NCBI GenBank assembly: GCA_043718025.1
Contig: JAYSWN010000068.1
Span: 74,771-138,770 of the forward strand
Direction of reading: 5' to 3'
Origin: Pseudomonadota bacterium
Lineage (GTDB): Bacteria; Bdellovibrionota; FAC87; UBA2466
Length of the DNA: 64,000 bases
Positions within the stretch are counted from its first letter, which is position 1; each line of letters begins with the position of its first letter. The position numbers and the translations under genes were made by a program. The notes below the pieces were generated by a model. The model had not been told where the DNA came from. It was given only the letters and a program-made list of their open reading frames with translations, and made no database searches. Positions 59,902-64,000 of this stretch are shown piece after piece.

Positions 59902-59918
59902 GGTGACACAAAGTCACC
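59902..59918. promoter_or_regulatory. Palindrome, candidate enhancer-binding-protein site
   Basis: GGTGAC-N5-GTCACC about 50 nt upstream of the sigma54 -24 box. Confidence 0.4.
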
Positions 59919-59956
59919 ACTGGGGACAAAGGGCGCCCATTAGCCGAGGTTAAAAG

Positions 59957-61210
59957 TTATTGATCTGGGGGACGATTCGTAACGCGTAGTACTGGTTGCC
60001 CGATACTAACCGTGATGGTTAGGGGAATGGTCAATTGGGCAACTGGGGAGTGCCGCGCTTCGAGCATTTCGTTTACGCAACGGTTCATTTGATGGGGGTG
60101 ATGGGAAATTTCGGCCGCCCAGGTAGGCACCGTCCTTGAAATTAAACCTGTTCCGTCTATCGTTTCAAATTCGGTTTTATCAATCGTAACGTCGCGAACA
60201 AAAGAAAAGTGATCGCGTTCGGCAAACTGTTCGGTCCAACCGTGGCGAAACTCATCTCCGGTTTTTGCCATAACCTGAACTAGGTTTCCAAAACCCAGTC
60301 GCGGATCCTTCCATTGGTTTCGCCCATTAATCATCAATGGAGAAGCTCCCGATGCCTCATAGTATTTAGTCCGGGAGCCTTTCTTAACTTTGAAGCCATC
60401 CATCTTGTTGAAGACTTCCCAAACGACGAGCGTGGGAACAAAAACTCGCGGGCCTTCGTACGTGAATCCCCCCACGGTAATCTGCTTTCCCCGCGGAATG
60501 ATCCTTCCCGTAGAAAAGAGGCCGTAACCATTGGCCAGTGAGTGGATAAGCGGCCAAGTTCCCTCTTGGGCAAACAGCGCGTTGGCATGAATCACGTCGC
60601 CCCACACCAAGTTTTGGGGTTGGTAGTAGCGTTCGGCCACCAAAGGTTCCCAATGCTTGAAAAGGCCCTTTGGCATAAACCCGCTGATGTACGGCGACGC
60701 CAACGGCCGAGGAATTTTGATACCCAAAGGGGCTAGTCGTTTTTCGATTAATAGCTCTTCGTACGTTGGACTATCGTAGCCCGGTAGACAGTCTAAGAAG
60801 GTGTTACCGAGCCTATCCACCGCGATCATGCCGAGGATCTCTTCTCCTATTCCTAGTGGAAACGGGTCTGTGGCATTGAGGCGGGCGCGCGGGTTGCCCC
60901 GATGAAGCACCATAATTTCATCGTGCGCCGAGAGTTTTTCCCAATTGAATAAATTTAGCCTTAAATCAGTGGCCTCTTCATTAGAAAGATTGGCTCGCTC
61001 GGTGTAGTGCTCAAACCGCAGTTTATCCAAAAATAGGGCGGCTCGACTACGTTCGATGGCCTCTTCACAATTTTGCGCGGCATCTCGTACCGTCGTGAAG
61101 AAAGTGGCCTTCATCGGCTCGCCTTTGTAATGAAAGGACACGGTCATGCGTTGGTGTAAGGCCGACGCAGAAAGGGGGAGCCACAAAAGTAGCAAGGCGA
61201 GTGACTTCAT
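59957..61210 (-). CDS. Secreted hypothetical protein
   Basis: Signal peptide ending ASA; 417-aa ORF; ATGA overlap with the TetR gene. Confidence 0.7.
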   Translation of the reverse strand: MKSLALLLLWLPLSASALHQRMTVSFHYKGEPMKATFFTTVRDAAQNCEEAIERSRAALFLDKLRFEHYTERANLSNEEATDLRLNLFNWEKLSAHDEIMVLHRGNPRARLNATDPFPLGIGEEILGMIAVDRLGNTFLDCLPGYDSPTYEELLIEKRLAPLGIKIPRPLASPYISGFMPKGLFKHWEPLVAERYYQPQNLVWGDVIHANALFAQEGTWPLIHSLANGYGLFSTGRIIPRGKQITVGGFTYEGPRVFVPTLVVWEVFNKMDGFKVKKGSRTKYYEASGASPLMINGRNQWKDPRLGFGNLVQVMAKTGDEFRHGWTEQFAERDHFSFVRDVTIDKTEFETIDGTGLISRTVPTWAAEISHHPHQMNRCVNEMLEARHSPVAQLTIPLTITVSIGQPVLRVTNRPPDQ

Positions 61211-61869
61211 TTGAGACCGCCCCGCTTCAATGCTTCTTCTGTCGTCAGTTGCACGAAGACGTCGCGCGCAATGGTTAGTTCCGTACTAAAAAATTCGACG
61301 CAACGGCCTACAATTAGGCTGTGAATCGCCATTGCGGTTTGTCGGCGCGCAGAATTGGGCTGTATTTCATCGCCAAATAAAATGGCGTAAACTCGTTCGC
61401 CGCCAAGGCGTTTTAATTCGCTACTAAGCGCCCGGTATTTTTTTTCAAAGGTGGCCAGGTGCCAAAGCAGAGTGATCGCTGCACCGTGATCAGGGTAGGC
61501 GGTTAGCCAGTGAAAGGTGCCTTCGATATAGGCCGTCAACATTTGTCGGGGGGTCTTGGCTTCGCGCAAATAGTCACCCACCACGGTCTGCCCGGTGGCG
61601 TAGGCAAACTGAAGAGAGGCGTGTATCAGTTCATCCCACTTGGGGTAGTGGTAGGCCACGTGCGGTCGTTTCATGTTGCACCTTTGCCCCACCGTTTCGT
61701 AATTCGTGTGGAGCCAACCCTTTTCGGCCAGAACTTTGAGGGTGGCCTCGATAATTTCGAGTTTGCGCAGCTCCCCTTTTTTTAACTCTACCGGCATTAT
61801 CGCCCTGAAAATATTAGAGTTTTTGGCCGCGCGGGTGGCGGGCTTATGGCGTGTTGTGGGTTGCGGCAT
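61207..61869 (-). CDS. TetR/AcrR-family transcriptional regulator
   Basis: HTH IIEATLKVLAEKGW..TNYETVGQRCNMKRPHVAYHYPKWDEL. The true start may be further downstream. Confidence 0.88.
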   Translation of the reverse strand: MPQPTTRHKPATRAAKNSNIFRAIMPVELKKGELRKLEIIEATLKVLAEKGWLHTNYETVGQRCNMKRPHVAYHYPKWDELIHASLQFAYATGQTVVGDYLREAKTPRQMLTAYIEGTFHWLTAYPDHGAAITLLWHLATFEKKYRALSSELKRLGGERVYAILFGDEIQPNSARRQTAMAIHSLIVGRCVEFFSTELTIARDVFVQLTTEEALKRGGLK

Positions 61870-61948
61870 GCGGGTGAGGCTATACCAGAAAACGCCTCAC
61901 TACCTCAATAGCCTTGCTGGCCGGCCTTTTACGGGTTTGATTATAAAT

Positions 61949-61964
61949 TTTAACCAATGTTAAA
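61949..61964. promoter_or_regulatory. AT-rich palindrome, candidate TetR operator
   Basis: TTTAAC-CAAT-GTTAAA in the divergent spacer between tetR and the 62048 gene. Confidence 0.35.
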
Positions 61965-62047
61965 TAATTCTTGACGGTCATGCGAAGCGGGAGGATTGAC
62001 GTGATGCGGTAATCATTTGGCAACGGCTCGTTTGGAGAGGTTTTTAA

Positions 62048-63901
62048 ATGCGCTTTTTAAGTTTGGTGCTGGTGGTCCTTGCTCTGTGCCTAACCCAGTT
62101 GGCGAAAGCCGAAGACATTCGCGTGAAGAAAGACGAGGCGATTCACTTCATGCGGGTTATCGAAGATCTGCAGCACCTGTTGTCGGCCGCGGCCGGCAAA
62201 CTGACGACCCCCGAGGGAGTGCGCCAGTTCCGTGATTTAGCTGAGGCGTTGCGCCTGCATCAAAGAACCTTGGCCGGTTTGCGGGGACAGAACCAGGAGA
62301 GTTTCGCGCTGCTCATGGTCCAAGCCGATCCGTGGGTCAATCGTAATATTGGTTTCGCCGACAGTGAGAATGGCGGCGGTAGTGCATTCAAAAAAATGTT
62401 CGACATGCTAGATACCCATTCCGACGTCGCTATTTCGGCTAGCCGCCAATTCCAAGCTCCGCTTATCAACGCTGCGGTAAGAATTGAAAACACTTCGGGA
62501 TTAGAACTCGCTTCGGGTGGTGCCGATCCCCGTGGCGTGGTTATCACCGGTCAGGACTTAGAAGCCGCCGTGGCTTTCGCGGCCATTGGATTGGCCACTT
62601 TTCCTGGGAAAATAGCCGCCGGGAACGAAAATGCCTACTACGCCCTACCCAAAGTAGATTCTCTTATCTACTTACACACTTTTTTAAATAATCCAGAGGC
62701 GCTTGCGGTTTTGCAGAAGCGCGCTCGCACTTCAATTCACGCGGCAATTGCCTTGCGAGTGGTGAGCAGCCGCGATTTTTCGAAGGCGATGAACCAAATT
62801 CCTACTACGCTTATTCGCCAGGGTGAAGGCTACGGCAGTTACTACCTCGTTTCCGACGAGCAAAAATTTAAGACTTACGTTGGTTTTTTAATGGGGGCCG
62901 CAGGCTTAGCTAAAGAGGAGGCCGAAGGCTCAATTCCACCTTCGCAAGTGATGATGCCGCGGTCGCCGGTGCAGAAGGGCAAAGACAAGTTTGAGGAAAA
63001 ACACGGCGGGCTAGATGGCGACGACGCTGAAGCCATGGGCATCGTAATCAACGCCCTACTGCAAAACTTGGGAAACGTGAATGAAGTGGCTAAAGACGCT
63101 CCCGCAACGATTCAAGAAAAAGCCATGGCCTTATCGGTGTTATCGTTGACGCCGCTACTGGAGTACTTGGCCAAAAACCCTGACAATCACCTGCTCAAAC
63201 AATTGATGTCGGCAAGCCCCTTTAGCACGCGAAATTTACTATCGTTGGGACGGGTTGAATCTGGTACGTCGGTAATGAAGAGGCTTAAGGACGCGGTATT
63301 CGCTGAACGCGGAACCGCAGACGTGTTGCAGACGATTGAGGGTATCTTCGCGCAGGAATCGCTCTCTCAGCCCGGACGACGACTTGAACTCGACGTACAA
63401 CATTTGGATAGTCTCGAAGTTCATTACACCGTTTCATTTGCCGTCGGGGTGGCGGTGGCCGCTTTGCAAGCTTTACCCGCCGGACTGATTCAGAGTGTGA
63501 AACGTTTGGATAACCCAGCCTTGGCCGCCTACACGGTACAGCAGGTTCGCGCGGCGCTTATCTTCGTAGCGCGCCGCCAAGTAATTTTGAAGGGGTTTTT
63601 GGCCGATCTCGAGGCAACCAAGCCCAAGGCCCTCCTTACTCAACAAGTTCGCTCTGCAGTGGCGGTCGCTGCCGATGTCGGCAACGTGCTGGAGGCTTTA
63701 CATTTTCTGGAAAATGGCTTTCTGGCCAACGATGGCGCTGCAGGGCTCACAAAATTGTTCTCTAACCAAGTTGGAGCTCAACAGTTGAACGACCTCATGA
63801 CGTCGCTGCAATATCCGGCGGGCTTGGTTTTGAATGGGGGCGATAAAGATTGCGTCACCGGGATCACTAATCTTGGCCTAACCCGCAAAAATCCGAACTA
63901 G
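62048..63901 (+). CDS. Large secreted, mostly alpha-helical hypothetical protein
   Basis: Signal peptide ending AKA; GGAGAGG RBS; followed by a terminator. Confidence 0.8.
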   Translation: MRFLSLVLVVLALCLTQLAKAEDIRVKKDEAIHFMRVIEDLQHLLSAAAGKLTTPEGVRQFRDLAEALRLHQRTLAGLRGQNQESFALLMVQADPWVNRNIGFADSENGGGSAFKKMFDMLDTHSDVAISASRQFQAPLINAAVRIENTSGLELASGGADPRGVVITGQDLEAAVAFAAIGLATFPGKIAAGNENAYYALPKVDSLIYLHTFLNNPEALAVLQKRARTSIHAAIALRVVSSRDFSKAMNQIPTTLIRQGEGYGSYYLVSDEQKFKTYVGFLMGAAGLAKEEAEGSIPPSQVMMPRSPVQKGKDKFEEKHGGLDGDDAEAMGIVINALLQNLGNVNEVAKDAPATIQEKAMALSVLSLTPLLEYLAKNPDNHLLKQLMSASPFSTRNLLSLGRVESGTSVMKRLKDAVFAERGTADVLQTIEGIFAQESLSQPGRRLELDVQHLDSLEVHYTVSFAVGVAVAALQALPAGLIQSVKRLDNPALAAYTVQQVRAALIFVARRQVILKGFLADLEATKPKALLTQQVRSAVAVAADVGNVLEALHFLENGFLANDGAAGLTKLFSNQVGAQQLNDLMTSLQYPAGLVLNGGDKDCVTGITNLGLTRKNPN

Positions 63902-63924
63902 ACCCAACCCAAACCGAAACTAGT

Positions 63925-63956
63925 AGCCGCGGAGGTCCCCCTTCCGCGGCTTTTTT
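63925..63956 (+). terminator. Intrinsic terminator
   Basis: AGCCGCGGA...TCCGCGGCT stem followed by a T run. Confidence 0.88.
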
Positions 63957-64000
63957 ATTGGTTCGACTGCATATCCTGATTGGTTTGCGCTCGGCCCAGC

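Overview
Chromosomal window of a roughly 50% GC Gram-negative bacterium, most likely Bdellovibrionota or a related deltaproteobacterium (inferred from the RpoC N-terminus [17 protein letters not shown], a three-TM SecE and many orphan secreted proteins). The left part is housekeeping: clpB (partial), a heterodimeric ABC exporter, epmA, an RluA-family gene, an oxidoreductase-SelD fusion, secE-nusG-rplKAJL-rpoBC, an acyl-CoA carboxylase/hydratase cluster, purD, purH and a cystathionine gamma-lyase/synthase. The right part is rich in accessory and secreted proteins, plus lnt-lgt and a TolC-MacAB system. I saw no rRNA, tRNA, CRISPR array or mobile element. The most notable signal is at 34.6-41.7 kb: a 21-bp motif (consensus CCACGTACGAATTTGGTGCGA) occurs three times. 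Two copies sit exactly 20 nt from a TAnTCT -10 box, upstream of a minor-pilin/RCC1 adhesin operon and of a secreted EF-hand protein. The third overlaps the promoter of a divergent TPR-like/double-wHTH regulator, suggesting a self-contained regulon. Other candidates: a signal-peptide-bearing amidoligase-fold protein, a lone-Cys C-terminal motif shared by two unrelated secreted proteins, a DprE1/DprE2 pair facing a GT-C-like gene, a clan CD-like secreted peptidase, and sigma54-driven tandem DUF4360 genes. All family calls come from motif recognition by eye, not from database searches.
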